A stretch of 60,683 nucleotides of DNA from contig SVJY01000006.1 in NCBI GenBank assembly GCA_015068765.1, positions 1 through 60,683 on the forward strand, in the 5' to 3' direction. Under the pieces are notes generated by a model that worked only from the letters and a program-made list of their open reading frames with translations, was not told the DNA's origin and did not search any database. The DNA is from Oscillospiraceae bacterium (GTDB lineage: Bacteria; Bacillota; Clostridia; UMGS1883; UMGS1540). Position numbers and translations under genes: made by a program. Shown here one piece after another: positions 1 to 9,739 of the stretch (within the stretch, counting starts at the first letter, position 1; each line of letters begins with the position of its first letter).

Positions 1-127
1 CATTGCCGACTATGCACTTCCCCACGTGAAGGCAATGATTGCCTCCGGTCTTGTAAAGGGTAATGCCGACGGCACCATAAACCCCAAAGGCAATACCACA
101 AGAGCAGAAGCGGCTGTGATTATGCAG
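1..127 (+). repeat. 127-bp exact direct repeat, copy 1 (copy 2 at 17289-17415)
   Basis: Base-by-base identity with 17289-17415, followed by synonymous divergence (cgt atc gta aac vs aga att gta aat). Confidence 0.95.
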
Positions 128-145
128 CGTATCGTAAACCGATAA
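2..145 (+). CDS. 3' end (partial) of a C-terminal SLH-domain protein
   Basis: Frame 2 reads IADYALPHVKAMIASGLVKGNADGTINPKGNTTRAEAAVIMQRIVNR-stop, an SLH motif (TRAEA). Peptide is identical to the end of 14191..17433. Confidence 0.9.
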   Translation: MADYALPHVKAMIASGLVKGNADGTINPKGNTTRAEAAVIMQRIVNR

Positions 146-190
146 AAGCAATACAGACAACGGAAACGTAATGGAAAGGAAAGAAAGAAA

Positions 191-2887
191 ATGAGACAAA
201 AACTTCTGATGATTCCCCTGATTCTTGCTCTTCTGCTGGGCTGTATTTGCCCGGTGCATGCGGCATTTGGAGACACGGCAGGTCTGCCGTGCGAGAAAGC
301 GGTGGAAAAGATTGCGGCATTAGGGCTTGTGGAAGGTAGAGAGGATGGCACGTTTGCACCCGATGAAACCTTAACGAGAGCAGAAATGGCAACCATCGTA
401 CTCCGTCTTCTGAATCTGACGGCGAGTGAGACACAGCAGATTTTCACAGACGTACCCTCCACACACTGGGGCTTTGCCGCAGTGGGCTCGGCATATAAGG
501 CAGGTATCGTCAACGGTACAAGTGCGACGACCTTTGCACCGGACGCGGCAGTCACCTATCCCCAGGCTGTAAAAATGCTTGTGGGGGCCCTCGGATACGG
601 CGTGAAGGCAGAGGCGGCAGGCGGCTATCCTACAGGATATCTGTCCGTGGCGTCCCAGATCGGCCTTCTGGCAGGCGTGGCGAATGCAGACGGTGCAATC
701 ACACGTGGCACCATGGCACAGCTTGTCTCGAATGCCGTGGAAATTGACATTTTAGAACGTACTGGCTACGGTGCTGATTACAGCGTGGCGATCCGTGAGG
801 GAGATACTGTCCTTTCGACGTATCTTCACATCAATAAATACGAAGGCAAAATTACAGCAAACGGCGTGACGACGCTGGAGGGCGTTGCCGTCCGGGAAAA
901 CCAGATTGCCATGGGCGAGAAGGTATTTGAAGTAGGCGAAACAGCGGCGGCTTCTTTCTTAGGCAGAAGAGTCTCCCTGTATGCAAAAGAAGAAAACGAT
1001 ATAGAAACAGTACTGTATATTGAAGCCAAAGCCTCGTCGGACAGCCTGACGGTGGATGTATCGGATATTCTGCCGAAGTCCACGCCGGCAACGCTGTACT
1101 ACGAAGTAGAGAACAAGGAATATGCGGTGGACATTGCCCCCGGTGCCGTCTGGATTTATAACGGCGTTCGGAAGACGGATATGACTCCGACAGACCTCCT
1201 GTTTGCTACCGGTACCGTGGAGCTGATTTCCACTAACGGAAAGACAGCGGAGACCGTTCTGATCCGCTCCTTCCAAAACGTGGTTGTGGACAGCGTCCGT
1301 CCGGAGGAATATAAGCTTATCTTTAAAGACAGAAGTGCAGAACTGACAACACTTGTACTTGACCCGACAGACACCTCCTACCGCTTCACCTTCTTAAACG
1401 AGGACGGCTCCGCCGCCGCGGTAGAAGCGTGTGCAGAATGGGATGTGCTTTCCGTAGCTGTCAGTGAGGACGACCGCGTAATGGAGGTTATCCGCAGCAC
1501 AAGAATTGCCGCCGGCAAGGTGGAGGAAATGGGTACCGAAACAGTCACGGTAGCCGGCACCTCCTACGAGGTTGCGGCAAACCTTCGCAGTGAGACCACA
1601 GAGCTTAAAAAGCCGGAGCTGGGCATGGAAGCAAACTTCCGCCTCGACTTTACCGGCAAGGTGGCGGCAGTGGATAACGAGAACTACCGGAACACCAGGT
1701 ACGGCTGGCTGGTTGGCGGTCAGAAGGCAAAGGGTATTGACGGCACGACACAGCTGAAGATTTTCACCGAGGACGGCATAATGAAGCTGTTCACTGTTTC
1801 GGATAAATGTAAGGTAAACGGAAATCCCTCTACGGATGTTTTAGGCGAAAGTGTCCTGCATACCGGCACGGCGATTATCGAACAGCTGCTCTTATTCCAA
1901 GCTACGGCAGAGGACGAAATTGTAGAGATTGAAACGGCTGTGGAAAATACAGATTTTTCCCTGCGTGAGGAAGAACGGCTTGCCAAATTTTCCAGAGACT
2001 TTTACAGTGACAGAATCGGTATTATCGGCTATGAATCCAAAATCTTTGCAACCCGGTATCTGATTCGCGACATCAGCAAAATCTTTATCGTTCCGAATCA
2101 GTACACCGGCGACGATAAGCTCTATTCTGTAAGAAACTGGGCTGACGTGGGCCACGTGGGTGCAGGCGGTACCTATAACGGCCTTTCCCTGTACGACATC
2201 AATGAGGATAACATCGTTTCCGCGATGGTTTCCCGTGATACGGTCAGTGCGATTCCCACAGGGGACCCGGGCGTCATTACGCATATTGCCCAGACGATTA
2301 CAGAGGACGGCGAACCGGTTATGAAGCTGACGCTGGAGAGAAAGAACGATACAGCTACCGTACTTGTAAAGGAAGACCTGGCAGTTATAACGGAGAACGT
2401 GCTGTCCGACCCGGCAAAAGACCCGGCGGCAGTAGAAGGCGTTCTGCCTGCAAGCCTGAAGCCTTCCCAGCTGGAGCGTGGTGACGTGGTGCAGTACGAT
2501 ATGTCCACGATGACCGGTGAAGCTACGGCGATGCGTGTGCTTTTAAGAAGCGGTTCCCGCCTGGCGGGTGAACGTGCCAACAATGAGGGCGGCCAGAATG
2601 CCACCGGCAATTTGACGGCAGACTCGGATTATATCGGCAGCGTGTACGCCTATGCACAGACGGATAAGGTTTCCGAATACGGTGCCAGAATTTACGTGAC
2701 ACATGAAAAACGGACAGGACCGGAAACCTACGAGCGTATCCGGCACTTTAACGGACCCAAAATCGTACTGTATGATTCCCAGCGGGATACCTTCAAAACC
2801 ATTACAAGTGCCGAAATTTATGACGGCGACTGGATTTTTGCCTATAAAATGAATGCAACAGAACGTATTATCGTTGTTTACCGATAA
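191..2887 (+). CDS. S-layer-type protein with signal peptide and N-terminal SLH domains
   Basis: Signal peptide ending VHA-A; SLH motifs FAPDETLTRAEMA, FTDVPSTHW and FAPDAAVTYPQAVKM; long beta-rich acidic body. RBS GGAAAGGA upstream. Confidence 0.85.
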   Translation: MRQKLLMIPLILALLLGCICPVHAAFGDTAGLPCEKAVEKIAALGLVEGREDGTFAPDETLTRAEMATIVLRLLNLTASETQQIFTDVPSTHWGFAAVGSAYKAGIVNGTSATTFAPDAAVTYPQAVKMLVGALGYGVKAEAAGGYPTGYLSVASQIGLLAGVANADGAITRGTMAQLVSNAVEIDILERTGYGADYSVAIREGDTVLSTYLHINKYEGKITANGVTTLEGVAVRENQIAMGEKVFEVGETAAASFLGRRVSLYAKEENDIETVLYIEAKASSDSLTVDVSDILPKSTPATLYYEVENKEYAVDIAPGAVWIYNGVRKTDMTPTDLLFATGTVELISTNGKTAETVLIRSFQNVVVDSVRPEEYKLIFKDRSAELTTLVLDPTDTSYRFTFLNEDGSAAAVEACAEWDVLSVAVSEDDRVMEVIRSTRIAAGKVEEMGTETVTVAGTSYEVAANLRSETTELKKPELGMEANFRLDFTGKVAAVDNENYRNTRYGWLVGGQKAKGIDGTTQLKIFTEDGIMKLFTVSDKCKVNGNPSTDVLGESVLHTGTAIIEQLLLFQATAEDEIVEIETAVENTDFSLREEERLAKFSRDFYSDRIGIIGYESKIFATRYLIRDISKIFIVPNQYTGDDKLYSVRNWADVGHVGAGGTYNGLSLYDINEDNIVSAMVSRDTVSAIPTGDPGVITHIAQTITEDGEPVMKLTLERKNDTATVLVKEDLAVITENVLSDPAKDPAAVEGVLPASLKPSQLERGDVVQYDMSTMTGEATAMRVLLRSGSRLAGERANNEGGQNATGNLTADSDYIGSVYAYAQTDKVSEYGARIYVTHEKRTGPETYERIRHFNGPKIVLYDSQRDTFKTITSAEIYDGDWIFAYKMNATERIIVVYR

Positions 2888-2902
2888 GAAGGGAGGACGT
2901 GT

Positions 2903-5900
2903 ATGCGTTTTAGAAAGCTTACGTCGCTTGTTTGTGTGCTCATGCTGTTATGCGGCATGGGGCATGGGGCAGCGGCGGCAGAAGCACCGTATAATCGGGA
3001 AGAGATTACGGCACACACGCTGGTGCATGACGAAAACGCCACGGAGCTTATAGTAAACGGCGGCTTCGAGGTTTTGGAATCGGAAACGAATCTCCAGGTA
3101 TGGGCGCTGTCAACCGGTACGCTCCGTGCAGGCGAAGCAGAGCGGACAGAGGATGCCCACAGTGGGATGTATGCCCTCCGCCTTTCAGCCGACGAGGAAA
3201 TACACCTTACCCAACAGGTGGGAATCAGCCGTCTGAAAAGCGGGAAAATTTGCGAGCTTTCTCTTTGGGTGAAGCCCCAGACGAACGAAAGCAGCCTGAC
3301 GCTTACGCAGTCCTTTGGTATTCGTAACGAGCAGATTCAGGATGAGGTGCTTACAGAAACGAATACGATAGAGTTTGCAGATGCCCGGGCAGGGGAGTGG
3401 ACACAAAAGATTCTACGCTTCGTTGTTCCCGAACGCATCACCTATACCTTGCTGGATATTTCCCTGCATAAGGATGAAGCAGTGCTGATAGATGATGTAT
3501 CCCTTCTTCTGGAGGGTGCACCGCCGGAGCCGGAAAAGCCTACCAAAAAAGAACCGGTTTTAGAAGACTATGAAATGGTGAAGAACGGCGGCTTTGAGGA
3601 GGGCACGGCAAACTGGGGCGTGGAGCCCGGGCAGTGGAATGATTTTATCAGCATTGTACCCGGCGGCGTGACCGGCAACTGCGTCAAGATTTTCAAGGAA
3701 CCGGACAACAGCAATAAAAACCCCCAGCTCCTTCAGCACATTTCCGGCTTTGAGGAGGGGGCGGAATACCAGATGCATTTCCGCTTGAAATCGCCGGGCG
3801 TTGATATGCTGGAATCGATTTCCTACGGCTTCCGCTGGGGTACAAACGGCGTGCGTATGGGGCACGACAAAACGGGCAACATGGTGCTTTTGCAAAATGA
3901 CAACTGGATAGATGTGTATCTTGACAGCGTCTGCCCGCCGGGTGCAAACACCTGCATGATTGACTTTCGTCACTTTGCAAAGGTTGGCTACTATATGGTT
4001 GACGATATAAGCGTGTATATGACGAAAAGGGCACCCTATGCCGAGGTGGAAACCGATGAAATCTTCTATTATACGGAGTGGAAGACGGGCGAGGTGACCG
4101 TTCGCGACAGAACGAAGACCGGTGCACTGCAAAACGGACGCTTCGTGCTGGAAATCCGTGACGGCGAAACGGCTGTCTTTACAAAGGAAGGAACGATGGC
4201 CGGTACGGTGGGTACACTGGAATTTCCCCTGACCGTTTTAGCGGAAAAGGGAAAGGAATACAGAGCCCACACTGCCGTATATGACGAAGCGGGTACGCTT
4301 TTAGAGGAATACGACAGTGCAATCTACCGCTACGACAGACCCACATACCTCGGGGCAGACGGTGTATTCCGTAAGCCGGACCGAAACGGCGTGATGCAGG
4401 AGTACAATGTTGTCCTCGGTAACGGTGTAACGAATCCGAGAATCAGCATCGTTGCCCCTTGCGGCGTTACCGTAGCACAGCTTGTTGGCGGGGCGTCCCT
4501 GCCGCTGAAGGAACGGCTGGATATGGTCGAAAAGGAAGGACTTTTAGCACAGATTGTTCTTTACAGCGGAAAAATGAGTGGCGGCCACCCGGAGATGCTG
4601 CCGGCAACAATAGACAAGGTTATGGCAGTAAAGGATCACCCTGCACTGTTCGGCTATAAAATTCAGGATGAGCCCATGCAGAAGGGCAATTCGGACGAGG
4701 AATTGGCACTGGCCTATAAGACCATTCGCGACCTCGATCCCCACCACCCGATTTACACCGTAGACTCCGGCGAAGCAAGCTACGAGCGTATGGGTAAGTT
4801 CTGCGACCTTATGGATATTGACGTATACCCCGGAAATGATCCGGAGCGTGCCTCCTTACTGGGCGAAAAAATCGAGGCGGCCGTCAAAGCGGTCAAGGGA
4901 CGAAAGCCCGTAGGCCTTCTGCAGCAGGCATTTGAACTTGGTGGCACGTTCCCCACAGCCGATGAATTCCGGCACTACGCCTATCAGGCACTGATGTCGG
5001 GTGCTTCCGGCTTTGGCTATCATTCCTTCGGGGAATCGACCACGCCCATAAGCCCCGAGCATTCCTCGTGGCCGGGCCTTGTGGAGATGGCCAAGTGGGA
5101 GCAGGGCTTTATGTTCGACAGCCTTGTAAAGGCGAAGAATCCCATGCTGAATGAGGAAAAAACAGAAAAAGTATGGTGGCGTACCTACGTACTGGACGGT
5201 AAAATTTACGCCATTGTCTTAAACCGACAGCTGGAGGAAAATACGGCGACGGTGACCCTGACGGGTGTGGACGGCGGCTACGGTGCCGAGGGCTATACCG
5301 CAAGGCGGATAGCAGGCGGCGAAGAAGAAACCGCTTTCGTAGACGGCACCACCTTTACGGCAACGCTTATCCCCCAAGCGGCGTATCTCTATGAGATTAC
5401 ACCGAATACGCCTGTGGATTTCAGCACCCTTCCCACCATGAAATTCCGGGATCTGACGGGGTATAACTGGGCACAAACCGCCATTTCTGCCATGGAAAAT
5501 GCAGGCGTAGTAACGGGTACAACCGTGTATCTGTTTGCACCGGGCGAGAAAATCACCCGCGGCGACTTTGCCTATTTCCTGCTAAACGCCTTGGGGCTTA
5601 CGGGCGAGGAAACCGCTTCCTTTGCGGACGTTCCTGAAGATGCCTATTATGCGAAGGCGATTGCCGCAGGGAAGGCGGCAGGTATCTTGCAAGGCATAGG
5701 CGATAACCGCTTTGACCCCGAACGGGAAATTTCACGCCAGGATATTATGACCATTACGGCACGGGGCGTAAAAGCATTCAAATCGCTTCCGGAGGGCGAC
5801 ATGGCAGTGCTTGATCGCTTTACGGATGCGGGGCAGATTGCAGAATACGCACGGCAGAGCGTAGCAGATATGACAAATGCCGGGCTGATTCTCGGTAACG

Positions 5901-5992
5901 GTGACGGCACCGTAAATCCCTTAGGCAGCACAACAAGAGCAGAGGCGGCAGTAATTGCAAGCCGCGTCTACCATATGCCGGTCGGTGCATAA
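2903..5992 (+). CDS. Secreted multidomain putative glycoside hydrolase: 2x CBM4/9-like, Ig-like, TIM barrel, 3x SLH
   Basis: Signal peptide; NGGFE...IDDV jelly-roll repeats; HPALFGYKIQDEP, RDLDPHHP and DIDVYP; C-terminal SLH motifs (ITRGDF, ISRQD, TTRAEAA). RBS GGAGG. Confidence 0.75.
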   Translation: MRFRKLTSLVCVLMLLCGMGHGAAAAEAPYNREEITAHTLVHDENATELIVNGGFEVLESETNLQVWALSTGTLRAGEAERTEDAHSGMYALRLSADEEIHLTQQVGISRLKSGKICELSLWVKPQTNESSLTLTQSFGIRNEQIQDEVLTETNTIEFADARAGEWTQKILRFVVPERITYTLLDISLHKDEAVLIDDVSLLLEGAPPEPEKPTKKEPVLEDYEMVKNGGFEEGTANWGVEPGQWNDFISIVPGGVTGNCVKIFKEPDNSNKNPQLLQHISGFEEGAEYQMHFRLKSPGVDMLESISYGFRWGTNGVRMGHDKTGNMVLLQNDNWIDVYLDSVCPPGANTCMIDFRHFAKVGYYMVDDISVYMTKRAPYAEVETDEIFYYTEWKTGEVTVRDRTKTGALQNGRFVLEIRDGETAVFTKEGTMAGTVGTLEFPLTVLAEKGKEYRAHTAVYDEAGTLLEEYDSAIYRYDRPTYLGADGVFRKPDRNGVMQEYNVVLGNGVTNPRISIVAPCGVTVAQLVGGASLPLKERLDMVEKEGLLAQIVLYSGKMSGGHPEMLPATIDKVMAVKDHPALFGYKIQDEPMQKGNSDEELALAYKTIRDLDPHHPIYTVDSGEASYERMGKFCDLMDIDVYPGNDPERASLLGEKIEAAVKAVKGRKPVGLLQQAFELGGTFPTADEFRHYAYQALMSGASGFGYHSFGESTTPISPEHSSWPGLVEMAKWEQGFMFDSLVKAKNPMLNEEKTEKVWWRTYVLDGKIYAIVLNRQLEENTATVTLTGVDGGYGAEGYTARRIAGGEEETAFVDGTTFTATLIPQAAYLYEITPNTPVDFSTLPTMKFRDLTGYNWAQTAISAMENAGVVTGTTVYLFAPGEKITRGDFAYFLLNALGLTGEETASFADVPEDAYYAKAIAAGKAAGILQGIGDNRFDPEREISRQDIMTITARGVKAFKSLPEGDMAVLDRFTDAGQIAEYARQSVADMTNAGLILGNGDGTVNPLGSTTRAEAAVIASRVYHMPVGA

Positions 5993-6004
5993 AGGAGGGA
6001 TAGC

Positions 6005-9000
6005 ATGAAACTGAAAAAAATATGTGCACTCCTTTGTACCTGCCTAATACTGTGCGGCATGGGCTTTTCTGCACAGGCGGCGGCGTATCCCTTTACGGAA
6101 ATTGCCGCCCACACACTGGTGGACAAGGTGAATGCACAGGAGCTTTTAAAAAACGGTGATTTTTCCACACCGGAGAGTGACACCAAGCCACTGGGCTGGG
6201 GGATAAACCCCGGCACCTTCGGCGAAGGGAAAACGGCAGAGTATATCCGCGGCGACGCATCGTATGTAAAGCTGAATTACCCCGGTACAGGGTATGCGGC
6301 ACTTTCGCAGGCTTTGAGCGTGCAGGACGCGGACGGAAAGAAATGCCAGCTCTCCGCACGGGTGAAGGGCGAAAACACAGAATTGGACATTCGTATCCGT
6401 GTTGCCTTTACCGTTTTGCAAAACGGTGCGGAAGTGGAGCTTGCCGACGTTCTCAATGTATATTTTACAGACCTAAGCACCAATAGCTGGACGCAAAAAA
6501 TTGTCGAGTTTACGTTGCCGGAAAATATCCGGAGAATTACACTGCGGTTCCAGCTGCACAGCGACCTAGAGGCGTATGTGGACGACATTTCCCTTCGTAT
6601 GGAGGGGCTTGCCGAAGACGCAATAGCGGAAAAACCGCCGGTGCTGGAGGACTACGAGATGCTTGAAAACGGCGATTTCTCGGAAGCGAGTGCGGACGGT
6701 CTTACGGTTGCGGCATGGCGACCGGAGCCGGGAAAGGGCGGTACCTTTGACGGCCGGGGCGCGGTTTTGGTAAAAGACGGTGGCGTACAGGGAAATTATG
6801 CGAAGGTTCTTTCCGGGGAAACATTTCCCCAGCTACGGCAGACTGTCAGGGGGCTCATGCCCACGGCGGAGTACCGTCTGATCTTCAAATACAAAAACCC
6901 GACCGCGGATGCCGTAAGCTTTTCCTGCCAGATGCAGTACACGAAGGGCGGTACGGATGCGGAGCTGGACGGCACAAAAAACATGATGGCGTATTACAGC
7001 GACACGTGGCAGGACGGATTTTTCGATTTTGAATGTCCGGAAGAGGTGGACGGCTGCCTTGTCAGCTTCCGAAACCTTTCAGCCGCAGGCGAGCTTTGTA
7101 TTGACGATGTCAGCCTCTATATGACGAGAAAGCCCTACCGTGCCCTTGTGGAGACGGATGAACGGTTTTATTATACCGAGTGGAAGACCGGATTCGTTAC
7201 GGTAGAGGACAGAGGAAACGGAGAATCTCTTGCCGGCGGAAAGGCTGTTTTCACTATTTTGGATGGCGATACAGCGGTACTGATGCCGCAGGAAAAGACG
7301 CTGACAGAAGAAAAGACCGTATTTGAATTTTCCACGGAGAAGGTGTTCTCTGAAAAGGGAAAGGAATATACCTCCGAGGTGAAAATTTACGATGCAGATG
7401 GAGAGCATGTAGAAACCCAGCGCCATCCGGTCTATCGGTACGACCGCCCCACCTATCTGGGAGAAGACGGCGTATTCCGTAAGCCCGACCGAAACGGAAA
7501 AATGATAGAGAAGAACATTTCTATCGGAAATAACGTACCCTTTACGCTTATCGATAAGGCGGGAGATGAGATAAGCGACCTTGGCATCACCGTGGTGCAG
7601 ATGGGTACAGATACAGAAAACCGCACGCTTTTAGAGCGTATGGATGCGGTGGAAGCGGCGGGTCTGCACGTGCTTATCTCTCTTTACAACGATAAGAAGA
7701 GCGGCGGACACCCCGATATGCTGGAAAACACCGTGCAGACGGTAAATACGGTTAAAAATCATCCCGCCCTGTTTGGCTATAAGGTACAGGATGAGCCGAT
7801 ACAGAAAATGAATACGGAGGATGAGCTGGCAACGGCCTATAAGCTTATCCGCGATCTCGACCCCCACCATCCTATTTATCTGGATGATTCGGGGGAGGGC
7901 TCCTATAAACGCATGGCCCGTGTCTGCGACATTATGGACATTGACCACTATCCGTCAAAAGGTGCCTACAGAGCCTCCGTCATCGGTGAAAAAATCGAGG
8001 CGGGCGTGGCGGCAGTAAAGGCCAGAAAGCCGGTATCGCTCCTCCAGCAGGGCTTTGAGATCGGCGGAGAGATGCCGACGGCGAATGAATTTCGCCACTA
8101 TGCGTATCAGACCCTATTTTCCGGCGGCTCTGCCGTAGGGTATCACTCCTTCGGCGGCGAGCCGGGGCATCTGGCACCGGCGCTTGATGAATGGGATGGT
8201 TTATGCGAGTTTGCCGAATGGGAGCTTACCTTCCTGTTTGATGCCACCGTCAACCGCAAGTATCCCATGCTGAATGAAGAAAAAACGGATACCGTTTGGT
8301 GGCGTACCTACGTAAAAGACGGCAAAATCTATGCGGCGATTCTAAACCGCCGGGTAGAAGCAACGAACACGGCAATCGTAAGCCTTTCCGATTTTGACGG
8401 CGGACATACGGCCGCAGGATATACGGCAAAGCGGATTGCCGGCGGCACGGCGGAAACCGTAGAGGTCACCGACAGCATTTTCCGGAAGGACCTTGAAGGC
8501 ATGGCGGCATACCTCTATGAAATCACGCCGAATAATACCGTAGATTTCAGCGACCTGGAAACGACGAAATACAGAGACCTTACCGGATATAACTGGGCAT
8601 ACACTGCCATCTTGGCAATGGAAAAGGCCGGGGTTGTCAATGATAACACAGCGGTAAGCTTTGCACCCGGCAAAAATATCACACGCGGCGACTTTGCCTA
8701 CTTCCTGATTCGGGCACTGGGGCTCACATCGAATGCAAGCGAGAATTTTGACGATGTGCCTTTAGATGCCCCGTACGCAAAGGAAATTGCCGCAGGGAAA
8801 AAACTCGGAATATTAAACGGGGTTGGAGAAAATCTGTTTAATCCCGAGGGCGAAATTACCCGTCAGGACCTTATGGCAATCGCGGCCCGCGGTATGCGAA
8901 TTTGCCTGGAGCTTGACGAAGGGAAGGAGGAGGATCTTGCGGGCTATGCCGACGCCGGTCTGATTGCAGAGTACGCAAAGCTGGATATTGCCGCAATGGT

Positions 9001-9118
9001 GCGTGCCAATATCGTAAAAGGCAATGCGGACGGCACGGTAAACCCCCTTGGCAACACAACGAGAGCCGAGGCGGCGGTAATTGTAAGCAGAATCAGAGAC
9101 TGGCAGAAGGACCCGTGA
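6005..9118 (+). CDS. Tandem paralog: secreted CBM-CBM-Ig-TIM barrel-SLH protein
   Basis: Same architecture as 2903..5992 (HPALFGYKVQDEP, YRYDRPTYLG.DGVFRKPDRNG, TTRAEAAVI). RBS AAGGAGG. Confidence 0.75.
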   Translation: MKLKKICALLCTCLILCGMGFSAQAAAYPFTEIAAHTLVDKVNAQELLKNGDFSTPESDTKPLGWGINPGTFGEGKTAEYIRGDASYVKLNYPGTGYAALSQALSVQDADGKKCQLSARVKGENTELDIRIRVAFTVLQNGAEVELADVLNVYFTDLSTNSWTQKIVEFTLPENIRRITLRFQLHSDLEAYVDDISLRMEGLAEDAIAEKPPVLEDYEMLENGDFSEASADGLTVAAWRPEPGKGGTFDGRGAVLVKDGGVQGNYAKVLSGETFPQLRQTVRGLMPTAEYRLIFKYKNPTADAVSFSCQMQYTKGGTDAELDGTKNMMAYYSDTWQDGFFDFECPEEVDGCLVSFRNLSAAGELCIDDVSLYMTRKPYRALVETDERFYYTEWKTGFVTVEDRGNGESLAGGKAVFTILDGDTAVLMPQEKTLTEEKTVFEFSTEKVFSEKGKEYTSEVKIYDADGEHVETQRHPVYRYDRPTYLGEDGVFRKPDRNGKMIEKNISIGNNVPFTLIDKAGDEISDLGITVVQMGTDTENRTLLERMDAVEAAGLHVLISLYNDKKSGGHPDMLENTVQTVNTVKNHPALFGYKVQDEPIQKMNTEDELATAYKLIRDLDPHHPIYLDDSGEGSYKRMARVCDIMDIDHYPSKGAYRASVIGEKIEAGVAAVKARKPVSLLQQGFEIGGEMPTANEFRHYAYQTLFSGGSAVGYHSFGGEPGHLAPALDEWDGLCEFAEWELTFLFDATVNRKYPMLNEEKTDTVWWRTYVKDGKIYAAILNRRVEATNTAIVSLSDFDGGHTAAGYTAKRIAGGTAETVEVTDSIFRKDLEGMAAYLYEITPNNTVDFSDLETTKYRDLTGYNWAYTAILAMEKAGVVNDNTAVSFAPGKNITRGDFAYFLIRALGLTSNASENFDDVPLDAPYAKEIAAGKKLGILNGVGENLFNPEGEITRQDLMAIAARGMRICLELDEGKEEDLAGYADAGLIAEYAKLDIAAMVRANIVKGNADGTVNPLGNTTRAEAAVIVSRIRDWQKDP

Positions 9119-9127
9119 AAGGAAAGG

Positions 9128-9697
9128 ATGCGCGATGTAGTATCCGATGCAGAGTACCTTGCGGCCGAGGAACGCACAGTTTTCTATGATATGCTGATGA
9201 CGGAAGGCGGTACATATGACGGCAATGTGTGGCGAACGTCTCGTGTGGAGAACGGCACCACGTATTATCTCTTCGTCAACAGCGGGCAGACGGCTTTTTC
9301 GGCGAACGTAGAGGGTGCATATGCAAGGGAAATAGTAACGGAGAACGGCAGCAGTGTTTCGGACAGGGCAAGCGGCGGCTTTACCGCTACGCTCCCGCCG
9401 AGAAGTAGTCTCTTTTTCTCCACCGGGGACACAGCATTGCCCGGTCTATACGTAGGCAATACCTTAAAAAACAGCTTTGCAGAGGGTATCGTACTTCGCA
9501 CAGCCGGCGCATACGAAATGGGAGCACTGTACCAAAGGTACGGCAACGCATGGGAGCTGGTTCGCGTATATGCGGATGGCGATTCTGTCACGGCAGGAGA
9601 AGGAACCTACAAATTCAAAACCTTTTTATGGGATGCGGCACTCTCGCCGCAGCATCCTGCGATCAGCGTAGGAAGCAAAACGAGGGTAACAAAATAG
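9128..9697 (+). CDS. Hypothetical protein matching only the C-terminal region (post-barrel beta domain plus W-P tail) of the paralog family
   Basis: VWRTSRVENGTTYYLFVN resembles VWWRTYVKDGKIYAAILN of its neighbours. Ends GALY...YKFKTFLWDAALSP. No signal peptide; AAGGA upstream. Confidence 0.6.
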   Translation: MRDVVSDAEYLAAEERTVFYDMLMTEGGTYDGNVWRTSRVENGTTYYLFVNSGQTAFSANVEGAYAREIVTENGSSVSDRASGGFTATLPPRSSLFFSTGDTALPGLYVGNTLKNSFAEGIVLRTAGAYEMGALYQRYGNAWELVRVYADGDSVTAGEGTYKFKTFLWDAALSPQHPAISVGSKTRVTK

Positions 9698-9739
9698 GAT
9701 TGCCCCTTCGGGGCGAAAAGAATGAAACAGGAGGAATAA

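Noticed and set aside
10-555. 181-aa minus-strand ORF and similar antisense ORFs (e.g. 20225..21103, 33734..34699, 49902..50996, 54215..55546)
   Set aside because: They are shadows of well-supported genes on the opposite strand and have no recognisable motifs.
9116-9118. TGA as evidence of an alternative genetic code or selenocysteine
   Set aside because: TGA terminates conserved genes at their expected ends (e.g. cysK, hisB, hisC), and no SECIS-like element or Cys-equivalent context was seen.
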